From assembly GCA_965198115.1 (NCBI GenBank), contig OZ240241.1, positions 6,976,001 to 7,040,000 on the forward strand: DNA of 64,000 nt, given 5' to 3'. The notes under the pieces were generated by a model. It made no database searches and had not been told where the DNA came from. It saw only the letters and a program-made list of their open reading frames with translations. The stretch comes from Candidatus Latescibacterota bacterium (GTDB lineage Bacteria; Latescibacterota; UBA2968). Shown here one piece after another: positions 49,401-58,247 of the stretch (positions are counted from its first letter, which is position 1; every line of letters starts with the position of its first letter). The position numbers and the translations under genes were made by a program.

Positions 49401-51721
49401 ACGAAGACGACCTCCGAGCCGCGCTCCCCGATGTGACCTCGCCGTTCGCGTTCGACGCGCTCGGAGCGGAGGTGACTGTACATCGGGATTCCTGGGGCAT
49501 CCCTCACATCCGAGCCGAGAATGAACGCGACTTGTTCTTTGCCCAGGGTTTTGTGACGGCCCAGGATCGTCTATGGCATATGGACTACGACCGACACCGC
49601 GCGCTCGGGCGGTGGGCAGAATGGGTGGGTGTCTCGGGTGTCGAACAGGATCGACTGATGCGCACGGCCGGAATGGGCAGGACCGCTAAGCTCGACTACG
49701 ACGCGTGCAGTGATTCTGCTCGCGCGATGGTAGACACATACACGGCGGGCGTGAATGCCTTTATCGAGACAACGAAAGCCCTGCCGGTTGAATACACACT
49801 TCTAGAATGTGAGCCCGAGACCTGGGAAAACTGGCATTGTATCACGGTCTACAAGATGCGCAACACTCTGCTAGGGACGTTCGAACCAAAACTGCTGCGC
49901 ACTCGCCTCGCGGGAAACCCGGATGCCGCTCCGACTCTGGTACGGCTGTTGAACGGATATCCAAACGGCCATCTCGTGACCGTGCCTCCGGGAGAGGAAT
50001 ACGACGGTGAACGGCTGAACGGGCTGGCGTCTCTGTCGCGGGCGCTGGAAGAGATCGACCGGCTGAACGAGGTCGAGGCGGGGTCGAACGCGTGGTCAAT
50101 ATCGGGTGCCCGTACGGCCTCGGGAAAGCCTCTGGTGGGCGGCGATTCGCACCGAGCGCTCGACACGCCGAGCGTCTACTATCAGGTCCACCTGAGCTGC
50201 CCCGATTTTTCGGTGATCGGTCATTCGGTCCCCGGTATGCCCGGAGCACTCCACTTCTGCCACAACGAGCACGTTGCTTGGGGAATGACGTATGGGAGTG
50301 CAGACACTCAGGACCTCTTCATCGAGCGCTTCCGAGATGAGGATGGGAAACGAACCTACGCGTTCGAAAGCGAGTGGAGAGAAGCAGAGGTGCTTCCGGA
50401 ACGCTTGTTCGTAAAGGGGAGCGATCTGGTCGATCTCGAGGTGACGATCACGCATCACGGACCGGTCGTGGCAGGCGACCCCGGCCAGGGGGTTGGAGTC
50501 AGCATTTCGGATCCCGGGCTGATCGAGGGGACGCCGTGGGTCGATGCGGCCCGCGATGCAATGGCTGCCCGGAGTGTGGAGGAACTGCATACTGCATTTG
50601 CCAGGTGGAACGATCGAGTCAACAACTACGCTGTCGCAGACGTGAAGGGGACGTTCGGCTACCTGCACGAGGGCAGGATCCCGATTCGGGGAGAGGAAAA
50701 CGGTTGGCGCGCCGTTTCCGGGTGGGATGGGAAGCACGAGTGGCGTGGCTATATTCCACAAGACGATCTGCCCAGGTCCATCAATCCGGAGACGGGGTAT
50801 GCGATCACGTGCAACCAGCGAGTGGCGCCGAGCGACTATGCTCATTACGTCGGGGTGAACTTTACGCCAGAGTTCCGTGCGCGACGTATCCAACGGCGTC
50901 TCGACCGCATCCCGGCCGGTGAGGCCACGGTCGAGGATATGGGCTCGATCCACGGGGAACGCCAGTCCACGCCTGCTCGCGTACTCGTCGAACGCCTGGC
51001 CCGGACCGAATCGGATGATGAGCGCATTCGAAAAGCGCTGTCTTACCTGCGCGGATGGGACTGCCGGATGGATCGGGATCACGTGGCACCCACGATTTAC
51101 GCCGAGACCCGATCACAGCTGATCGAGCGGCTGACCCGTCACCTGTTCAAATCGGAAGGCGATCGGCTTCTTTCGAAAGAACCGGGTGCCGACGCGCACG
51201 TTCGGCTCGTTGCCCTCGAGATCACGCTGGGCCTGCAGCGAGGGGACGAAAGTTTACTGCCCGATGGTGAGACGTGGGATTCGATCTTGTTGGATTCGTT
51301 GGGGCAAGCGATGGATCGACTCGACGCGAGTCTCGGGCCGGATCTGGATGAATGGTACTGGGGCCGCGTACACCGAACACGTCCCTCCCATCCGCTCTCG
51401 GACACGTTTCCCGACGCTGCCGAATACTTGGATCCACCTTCGCTCGGCGTCCACGGGGATGCCGATACACCGCTGGCCGGCAGCTACCCTCTTGATGCGC
51501 GTTATACGGTGAGCGGACTGTCTGTGAACCGTTACATTCACGACCCGTCCGATTGGCCGAACTCGCGTTGGATCGTTCCCCTGGGCTCGTCGGGTCATCC
51601 TGGAAGTCCACACTACGCCGATCAGGCCGAGCTCTGGGCCGACGTCGAGTTCATTCCTCAGCTGTGGGATTGGGATGAGATTCAGGAACAGGCGGAGACG
51701 ACCCAATTGCTTCACCCCTAG
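49397..51721 (+). CDS. Penicillin acylase (S45 Ntn-hydrolase) family protein
   Basis: RD.WGIPHI.A, AQGF.TAQDRL, G|SNAW beta-chain start, G.SG.P.SPHY.DQ; no signal peptide seen. Confidence 0.92.
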   Translation: MNEDDLRAALPDVTSPFAFDALGAEVTVHRDSWGIPHIRAENERDLFFAQGFVTAQDRLWHMDYDRHRALGRWAEWVGVSGVEQDRLMRTAGMGRTAKLDYDACSDSARAMVDTYTAGVNAFIETTKALPVEYTLLECEPETWENWHCITVYKMRNTLLGTFEPKLLRTRLAGNPDAAPTLVRLLNGYPNGHLVTVPPGEEYDGERLNGLASLSRALEEIDRLNEVEAGSNAWSISGARTASGKPLVGGDSHRALDTPSVYYQVHLSCPDFSVIGHSVPGMPGALHFCHNEHVAWGMTYGSADTQDLFIERFRDEDGKRTYAFESEWREAEVLPERLFVKGSDLVDLEVTITHHGPVVAGDPGQGVGVSISDPGLIEGTPWVDAARDAMAARSVEELHTAFARWNDRVNNYAVADVKGTFGYLHEGRIPIRGEENGWRAVSGWDGKHEWRGYIPQDDLPRSINPETGYAITCNQRVAPSDYAHYVGVNFTPEFRARRIQRRLDRIPAGEATVEDMGSIHGERQSTPARVLVERLARTESDDERIRKALSYLRGWDCRMDRDHVAPTIYAETRSQLIERLTRHLFKSEGDRLLSKEPGADAHVRLVALEITLGLQRGDESLLPDGETWDSILLDSLGQAMDRLDASLGPDLDEWYWGRVHRTRPSHPLSDTFPDAAEYLDPPSLGVHGDADTPLAGSYPLDARYTVSGLSVNRYIHDPSDWPNSRWIVPLGSSGHPGSPHYADQAELWADVEFIPQLWDWDEIQEQAETTQLLHP

Positions 51722-51772
51722 ACCAGTCGACGGTGGGCAGCAGACGGTGGATGGTAAATACGGCTTCGCCCC
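51722..51772 (+). repeat. Degenerate heptamer array ending in GGCTTCGCCCC
   Basis: GACGGTG GGCAGCA GACGGTG GATGGTA AATACGGCTTCGCCCC after a stop codon. Confidence 0.7.
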
Positions 51773-51803
51773 ATTACGCGATGACATTTCGGTGGGATCG
51801 GTC

Positions 51804-51854
51804 GAGCCTGCACCGAGCGGAGCCTGTCCTGAGCGGAGTCGAAGGGTCGAAGTG
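51804..51854. repeat. Nested REP-like element
   Basis: GAGCCTGCACCGAGCGGA[GCCTGTCCTGAGCGGAGTCGAAGG]GTCGAAGTG; the inner copy is the reverse complement of the 47.4-kb inner copy. Confidence 0.8.
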
Positions 51855-51979
51855 ACTGCGAACTGTTGCCGAAAGAAGCCACAGACTCTACCGATTGTCA
51901 TTGATGTTGCGACACAGAGTCGTTGAGCATCGTCACACTACTTCCCCGAATAGGGCCACGATCATCGACCTGCCACACA

Positions 51980-52008
51980 TTCGTGTTCATCTGTGTTCAT
52001 TTGTGGTT
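51980..52008 (-). repeat. 10-mer array (rc AACCACAAATGAACACAGATGAACACGAA)
   Basis: TCGTGTTCAT CTGTGTTCAT TTGTGGTT. Confidence 0.65.
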
Positions 52009-52043
52009 CCAACGTAGCAATAGCTGAAGCCAGGACAGAGACA

Positions 52044-53031
52044 ATGAATCGACTGACGGATGAGGATCTGGATCATTTCGAGCGGGAGGGATTCCTGCTC
52101 GTCCGGGGGCTGCTCGATTGGGCAACCGATCTGCGGCCGGTTTGGGAGGAGTACGAGCAGGTTCTGGATCGGTTGATCGATGAGCTGATCGAAGTGGGAG
52201 AGATGAGGTCTAGACACGAGGACCTGCCCTTCGGGAAACGGCTGACCCAGGCCTATCGCGAGTCGGGACGTGTTCTCTCGCAGTACTTCGACTGCTCTCT
52301 CCCTCAAAAGGGCACGCGTGAGGATTCGCCGATCTGGGTGGGTCCCGAGGTTTTCAGGGCACTGAGCAACGAGACGCTTCTGGATGCCGTCGAGGATCTG
52401 ATCGGACCGGAAAATCTTCTCGAATCCCGTTCAGCACATTCGAATCAAGCCGCCCCAGGACGCTCTACCGGAGAATCGGCGAGATCCCAAGACCGGGTAT
52501 CTCGGTGGCTTCGACGCCGGTGTGACGCCGTGGCACCAGGACAACGGGGTTGTACTTCCCGACGCGGACGAGACGAATATGTTGACGGTTTGGTTTCCGC
52601 TGACTCGAGCGACGTGTGAGAACGGTTGCCTGAAGATCATTCCGAGAAGTCATCGTGAGGGTCTGCTCCATCATTGCCCGGGCGTTTCCGGCCTGAATGT
52701 GCCCGACGCGATACTCGATCTCGACGCCGAGTTGACCGTTCCGATGGAACCGGGTGATGTGTTGTTCCTGACGCGGCGTACGTGCCATTCCTCGCTGCCG
52801 AATATGAGCGATGACATTCGCGTGAGCTTCGACATCCGATACAATCCCACCGGACAGTCGACAGGCAGGGACGTGTTTCCGGGATTCGTCGCCCGCAGTC
52901 GGGCGCATCCCGAGACGGAACTGCACGATCCGGAGGTCTGGGCGCAGTCGTGGTACGACGCCCGCGCGAGGCTAACGATCGAAAACATCCCCGCCTACAA
53001 CAGATGGACGGCCGATCATCCAATGTGCTAG
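52044..53031 (+). pseudogene. Phytanoyl-CoA dioxygenase (PhyH) family protein, frameshifted near 52412 as sequenced
   Basis: F.REGFL.V, LLDAVEDLIGP; removing one A from GAAAATC gives EIFSNPVQHIRIKPP...PWHQD, TVW.PL, NGCL..IP.SH, PGDVLF, H.S.PN.SD..R.SFD.RY. Confidence 0.88.
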
Positions 53032-53075
53032 GTAGCAGCAGGGGGGCAAGGTGCCGGGAGCAGCGGAGGCTAGAG

Positions 53076-53717
53076 ATGAGCGAGATGAAGGTGGGTGTGA
53101 TAACCGGGGGTCACGCGTTCGACGTGATCGGGTTCCATCGTCTGTTTCGGTCGTTCGATGGGATGGATTGCTATACGCAGTCGCTGGAGGAATGGGCTGC
53201 GGACTACGGGCGCCACGGCAGGCGATATGACTCACTCGTTTTCTACAATATGCACAAGCCTGTGCCGGAAAAATGCCCTAGCGGACCGCGCACACGGGCG
53301 GCGATTGACTCGCTGGCCGAAGGCCCCGGTCACGTGATTCTTCACCACGGGATCCTTGCATTCAAGCAGGATCCGATGTGGGATGCGATGGTTGGGCTCA
53401 CGGACCGGACGATCGACGGTTCCAGCCACGATGAAACGCTGACGGTTCACGTCGAGACCGATGGGCATCCGATTACGGATGGCTTGAGTGACTGGACGAT
53501 GGTGGACGAGACCTACGATTTCCGCGATGTGGATCCGGAAGGGAGCGAAGTCCTGCTGACGGTCGAACACCCGAACAGTATGTCGACGATGGCGTGGACG
53601 CGTCAGTACGAAGATGCGCGCGTGTTCAACGATGTCTTCGGTCACGACGACCAGACCTGGTCGAACGAGAGCTTCAGGACGGTGCTGGAAAGAGGCATCA
53701 AGTGGGCGGCGGAATAG
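53076..53717 (+). CDS. ThuA-like (class I glutamine amidotransferase-like) domain protein
   Basis: TGGH.F, HPIT.GL.D....DETY, AW.R.Y...RVF....GHD, RGI.WA. Confidence 0.85.
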   Translation: MSEMKVGVITGGHAFDVIGFHRLFRSFDGMDCYTQSLEEWAADYGRHGRRYDSLVFYNMHKPVPEKCPSGPRTRAAIDSLAEGPGHVILHHGILAFKQDPMWDAMVGLTDRTIDGSSHDETLTVHVETDGHPITDGLSDWTMVDETYDFRDVDPEGSEVLLTVEHPNSMSTMAWTRQYEDARVFNDVFGHDDQTWSNESFRTVLERGIKWAAE

Positions 53718-53758
53718 ATCAAAGTGGAGAATGTGAAATCCAGAATGGTGGGTGAACG

Positions 53759-54589
53759 ATGAAGATAGCTTACAGCACCTACGGGCTGCAGCCGGTCGAT
53801 CCGCTCGAGGCGATCACAAGGGTCAAGGAGATTGGATACGAAGGGCTCGAGCTGAATATCGGAAACGACTGGCCAACCGCGCCCGAAAAGCTCGACACGT
53901 CTGCCCGAAAACGGGTTACAGAGGCCTATCAGGAGGTCGGGTTCCCATCCCCCGTGCTGATGAGTTCTCTGGGTTTATGCGCAGACGGTGAGGATATCGA
54001 CGAAAAGAGCAACGCCCTTGCCGTGGCCTGCACGCTTGCCACGGATCTAAACTTCGACGGTTCTCTTCCTGTCGTGACGACGACGCTCGGCGGGCAAAGT
54101 GCGTCCTGGGAAGAGGGTAGGGAGACTGTCGCGAAGCAGCTCGTACGTTACGCGAGTGTGGCCGCCGATCGCGGTGCGACGATCGCCGTTGAACCGCACG
54201 TGGGGCACGAGTTCGACTCGCCGGAGAAGGCCGTTTGGATGGTCGAGGCCGTCGACCGCGAGTCGGTGAGACTCAATTTCGACCACAGCCACTTCCACGT
54301 GCTGGGAATGGAGCTGCGGCGCAGCGTCGAGCTCTGTGCGCCCTATTCGGTTCACACGCACATCAAAGACGGCGCGATGGTCGACGGCAAGGTCCTTTTC
54401 GAGCTTCCGGGCGAGGGAAGTCTGGACCTGGTGGCCTACCTGCGTGCTGTCAAGGATGCGGGCCTCGATGTCCCGATCACCGTAGAGGTAAGCGCTCAGA
54501 TCTGGAAGCGTGACGATTATGACGCGTGGGATGTGGCTGAGCGCTGCTGGCGATATCTGAGCGAGGCGAGGGAGAAGCTGAACGGGTGA
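53759..54589 (+). CDS. Sugar phosphate isomerase/epimerase (AP endonuclease 2 TIM barrel)
   Basis: GY.G.EL, AVEPH, NFD.SH, HTHIKD, PGEG..D, TVE. Confidence 0.88.
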   Translation: MKIAYSTYGLQPVDPLEAITRVKEIGYEGLELNIGNDWPTAPEKLDTSARKRVTEAYQEVGFPSPVLMSSLGLCADGEDIDEKSNALAVACTLATDLNFDGSLPVVTTTLGGQSASWEEGRETVAKQLVRYASVAADRGATIAVEPHVGHEFDSPEKAVWMVEAVDRESVRLNFDHSHFHVLGMELRRSVELCAPYSVHTHIKDGAMVDGKVLFELPGEGSLDLVAYLRAVKDAGLDVPITVEVSAQIWKRDDYDAWDVAERCWRYLSEAREKLNG

Positions 54590-54605
54590 GGAGAGACGGG
54601 GAGAG

Positions 54606-54644
54606 CCCTTCGATACGCGACCTTTGGTCGCTACTCAGGACAGG
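54606..54644. repeat. REP-like element with an inserted hairpin
   Basis: CCCTTCGATAC-GCGACC-TTT-GGTCGC-TACTCAGGACAGG; arms match the 47.4- and 51.8-kb copies. Confidence 0.7.
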
Positions 54645-54713
54645 CGGGGGACCAAGACGCACTTCGTGCTCAGAAGCAGTGGCAACCACGTCGCGTAGGA
54701 ATCGGAGTTCGGA

Positions 54714-55859
54714 ATGAAGATTGTGAAGATCGAGCAGTTCTTTCCGCGGAAGCGGATGCGGCTGATTAAGATCTCGACGGACAACGGGATCGCCGGGTGG
54801 GGAGAAACGACGCTCGAAGGAAAGCCGAAGAGCACGCACGCGGCTGTGGAAGAGCTGGCGGATTACCTGATCGGGAAGGATCCACTGAGAATCGAGCATC
54901 ACTGGCAGCACATCTATCGATCAGCCTTTTTCAGGGGTGGAAACGTGCTGATGTCCGCTCTTTCGGGGATCGACCAGGCGCTCTGGGACATTGCCGGGAA
55001 GCATTTCGACGTGCCCGCATTTCAGCTAATGGGTGGGGCGGTTCGTGACCGTATACGGGTCTACGCGCACTGGGGTATCCGCGATTTGTCGGATGAAGGT
55101 CTTGCCCAGTCAAAGGCCCGTCTGGAGATGCTCCAGAAGAAGGGGGGCTACAAGGCGTTCAAGTCCGGGCCCGGGGGTAAGTGGCGCGGCCACGAGCCTC
55201 CCTCCGTTATAGACGACTTTGTGAAGAAGGCATATACGATGCGCGAGTGGGTCGGAGACGACTGCGAATTGGCCTTCGACTTTCACGGTAAGATGACGCC
55301 CGGATTGGCCGTCGAGATCTGCCAGGAACTGAAGGGGATGCGTCCGATGTTCGTGGAAGAGCCCGTCCCGCAGGAGAATGCGGATGCGCTGAAAGCGGTA
55401 TCGGAGAAGGTGACGTTTCCGATCGCAACGGGGGAGCGGCTTCTGTCACGCTGGGAATTCCGGGAGATCTTCGAGAAACAGGCAGTTTCGTATCTGCAGC
55501 CCGATGGTTCGCACGCTGGAGGCATTTCGGAACTCAAGCGTATCGCGAATATGGCGGAAGTCTACTATATGCACATGATGCCGCACTGCGCGATCGGGCC
55601 TGTCGCCTTCTCTTCGTGTATGCAAGTCGACGCAGTGGTACCCAACTTCCTGATCCAGGAGCAGGTTGACGTGGGGCTTGGAGAGGGTCTGCTCGAGGAT
55701 CCGTGGGTTGTCGAAGACGGGCACATCGATCTTCCGACCGGGCCGGGCCTCGGGTTCGAGATCGATGAAAATGAGGCCGAGCAGGATTGCGGCATCTATG
55801 AGGAAGAGCTGGGTGGAGAACACTTCTACGAGTCGGACGGGAGTGTGGCCGATTGGTAG
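54714..55859 (+). CDS. dgoD: Galactonate dehydratase-like enolase-superfamily enzyme
   Basis: GWGE..LEG, FRGG..LMSALSGIDQALWDI.GK, DFHG, EEP, A.GER, QPD..H.GGI.E, PHC..GP. Exact substrate uncertain. Confidence 0.82.
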   Translation: MKIVKIEQFFPRKRMRLIKISTDNGIAGWGETTLEGKPKSTHAAVEELADYLIGKDPLRIEHHWQHIYRSAFFRGGNVLMSALSGIDQALWDIAGKHFDVPAFQLMGGAVRDRIRVYAHWGIRDLSDEGLAQSKARLEMLQKKGGYKAFKSGPGGKWRGHEPPSVIDDFVKKAYTMREWVGDDCELAFDFHGKMTPGLAVEICQELKGMRPMFVEEPVPQENADALKAVSEKVTFPIATGERLLSRWEFREIFEKQAVSYLQPDGSHAGGISELKRIANMAEVYYMHMMPHCAIGPVAFSSCMQVDAVVPNFLIQEQVDVGLGEGLLEDPWVVEDGHIDLPTGPGLGFEIDENEAEQDCGIYEEELGGEHFYESDGSVADW

Positions 55860-55861
55860 AG

Positions 55862-55906
55862 CAGAGGACAGAAAACAGGCGCCAGACGACAGCGGAGATG
55901 GCTTCG
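55862..55906 (+). repeat. Degenerate heptamer array ending in GGCTTCGC
   Basis: CAGAGGA CAGAAAA CAGGCGC CAGACGA CAGCGGA GATGGCTTCGC, directly after a stop codon. Confidence 0.7.
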
Positions 55907-56025
55907 CGAGCCCACCAGAGGGTAGTCGCAGGTCTTCAGCCTGCGTTCGTTCTGCGGGCGGGATAGAACTGGCGAGCAGACGTGGCTATGCAGTCCCAAT
56001 CGCTCAGTGACCGAGAATTCACGTC

Positions 56026-57261
56026 GTGTCGTTCCGAAACAATCTGACAAAATACGCCGAGTTGACGGTTAAAGTTGGTCTTAACGTTCAGCCCGGCCAG
56101 CAGCTCGTCGTGTCGTCACCGATCGAGGCGATTGAACTGACCCGGGCAGTCGTCGCGGCGGCCTACGACGCGGGATGCCGCTACGTGGATGTGATCTGGA
56201 GGGATGAGCAAATAGAGCTGGTCCGGTTCGAACACGCTCCTGGCGACTCGTTCGAGGAGTTTCCAAGTTGGCGCATTGACGGGTTGGTGGCCTGCGCGAA
56301 GCGGGGCGACGCTTTTCTGAGCATCACCGGGAACAATCCTGATCTGTTGAAGGATCAGGATCCAGACTTGGTTTCATTAGTTCGGAAAGTCGAAGCCGAA
56401 CATCGACAGCCTTTCAGCGCGCTCGTATCGAAGAGCGCGATGAGTTGGTGTGTCACCTCGGCTGCAGTAGAGCCCTGGGCGGCGCGCGTGTTTCCAGAGG
56501 TGAATCCCGCAGAGCAGCTGGACCAGCTTTGGGACGCTATTTTCAAAGCTTGCCGGGTCGACGAGGACGATCCCACGCGTGCGTGGCAGATTCACATCGA
56601 GGAACTGGAACATCGCCGAGGCTATCTGAACGAGAAGGCGTACGATTCGCTCAGATACGAAGGACCTGGCACGAATCTCTCCGTTGGACTGCCGGATGGC
56701 CATCTATGGTGCGGGGCAGCCGAAACGAACGAAGAGGGAACGGTTTTTACACCGAATATACCGACTGAGGAAGTCTTCACGATGCCCCATTGCCGACGTG
56801 TGGACGGAACGGTCGCGTCGACAAAACCACTGAATTACGGAGGGTCTCTCATCGAGGACTTCAGTCTAACTTTTTCCGAAGGTCGTGTGGTCGAGGTCCA
56901 AGCTGGAGCAAACGAGAGGATCTTGCGTAAGCTTGTCGAGACGGACGAAGGAGCGGGCCGATTGGGGGAGATCGCACTCGTTCCTGACAGCTCCCCGATT
57001 TCGAAAACCGGTCTTCTCTTTTACAACACCTTGTTCGACGAAAATGCTTCGAGCCACGTAGCCCTCGGTCGTGCCTACAGCATCTGCCTCGAGGACGGAG
57101 CGCAAATGGAAGAGAAGGCGCTGAACGAAGCAGGCGGCAACACGAGTGTGACGCACGTGGATTTCATGATTGGCTCGGATGAAATGAACATCGATGGCAT
57201 TACAAGGGAAGGCTCGCGCGAGCCCCTGATGCGGGATGGCGAGTGGGCATTCGACATCTGA
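56026..57261 (+). CDS. Aminopeptidase (M29, AmpS/PepS family)
   Basis: KYAEL.VKVG.NVQ.GQ, PNIPTEEVFT.P, LGE.ALV, NTLFDENA..H.ALG.AY, S..HVDFMIGS. Confidence 0.94.
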   Translation: MSFRNNLTKYAELTVKVGLNVQPGQQLVVSSPIEAIELTRAVVAAAYDAGCRYVDVIWRDEQIELVRFEHAPGDSFEEFPSWRIDGLVACAKRGDAFLSITGNNPDLLKDQDPDLVSLVRKVEAEHRQPFSALVSKSAMSWCVTSAAVEPWAARVFPEVNPAEQLDQLWDAIFKACRVDEDDPTRAWQIHIEELEHRRGYLNEKAYDSLRYEGPGTNLSVGLPDGHLWCGAAETNEEGTVFTPNIPTEEVFTMPHCRRVDGTVASTKPLNYGGSLIEDFSLTFSEGRVVEVQAGANERILRKLVETDEGAGRLGEIALVPDSSPISKTGLLFYNTLFDENASSHVALGRAYSICLEDGAQMEEKALNEAGGNTSVTHVDFMIGSDEMNIDGITREGSREPLMRDGEWAFDI

Positions 57262-57358
57262 ACCAACGTCGTAGACGTGTTTGACTCTCCACCGGAAGAG
57301 TAACTGCATCGGTTCTTTAAGAAGATTGGATTACTGAACTTCAAGTGGAGCTACAGCT

Positions 57359-57661
57359 ATGAAAGTAATCGCTGATTTGTGCGTGGTACCCATTGGGGTG
57401 GGTGTTTCCGTTTCGGAATACATCGCGGTGTGTGAGCACGTGTTGAAAGAGGCAGGTCTCGAGGTCAAGCTTCACGCATACGGGACGAATATCGAGGGCG
57501 AATGGAACGCTGTGTTCGAAGCGATCAAGCGATGTCACGAGGTCGTCCACGAGATGGGAGCCCCGCGCATCTCCACGACGATCAAAGTGGGTACGAGGAC
57601 AGATCGGATACAGACGATGCAGGAGAAGATCGATAGTGTGAACGAGAAGCTCGAGAGCTAG
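57359..57661 (+). CDS. MTH1187/YqgV family thiamine-binding protein
   Basis: VVPIG.G.SVS.Y, LHAYGTNIEGEW, CHE..H..GA.R....K...RTD. Confidence 0.92.
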   Translation: MKVIADLCVVPIGVGVSVSEYIAVCEHVLKEAGLEVKLHAYGTNIEGEWNAVFEAIKRCHEVVHEMGAPRISTTIKVGTRTDRIQTMQEKIDSVNEKLES

Positions 57662-57671
57662 GGCGTAGAAA

Positions 57672-58037
57672 ATGATGCGACTGACGCGTTGGTCTATCGT
57701 CGTTGTCCTGAGTCTTGGTTTGATGGGGTGTGGGCCGGGTGATGGAGCGTATGTAGACCATCATCCAAATGGGAAAGTGAAGGTCGAGGGGACCTACCGG
57801 GATGGGATGAAAACGGGGAAATGGACCTACTACTGGTCCGATGGTGCCAAGCAGACTGAGGCCACTTACAAAAAGGACAAGCCTTCGGGGACGTGGACAT
57901 ATTACGATAAGAGTGGCAACGTGATCGGTCGGGGCTCGTATCGAGATGGGAAAATGTGGGACGGGACCTTCGTTCGGTATGTGATCGGCACGACGAAGAT
58001 TATGCGATTGAAGGAAGGGAAGGAGCTGGCAAGGTAG
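57672..58037 (+). CDS. MORN-variant repeat (YwqK-like) lipoprotein
   Basis: Lipobox LMGC; repeats of NG..K.EG.Y.DG...G.W.YY. Confidence 0.8.
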   Translation: MMRLTRWSIVVVLSLGLMGCGPGDGAYVDHHPNGKVKVEGTYRDGMKTGKWTYYWSDGAKQTEATYKKDKPSGTWTYYDKSGNVIGRGSYRDGKMWDGTFVRYVIGTTKIMRLKEGKELAR

Positions 58038-58171
58038 AAGACAGTTGACGTTGGTAGACGGTAGACGGTAGACGGTAGACAGTGGACAAAACCTCCAGGT
58101 GGGCGGTCAGCAGACGCGACAGCTTCGCCCCTTTGCCAGATGACAGAGGACAGCGAAGACGGCTTCGCCCC
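58038..58171 (+). repeat. Heptamer arrays with two GCTTCGCCCC endings
   Basis: (GGTAGAC)x4 at 58053-58080 plus AGTGGAC; then GCTTCGCCCC; CAGATGA CAGAGGA CAGCGAA GACGGCTTCGCCCC. Confidence 0.85.
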
Positions 58172-58247
58172 CTTGTCCCGGTGGGAGCAGCTTTCAGCTG
58201 CGAACAGATCGTTATGGGGAAGGCGAAACATACTTGAGAGGCATTAA

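Noticed and set aside
57672-58037. Toxin-antitoxin antitoxin (YwqK) function
   Set aside because: No adjacent toxin gene; it reads as a generic MORN-repeat lipoprotein.
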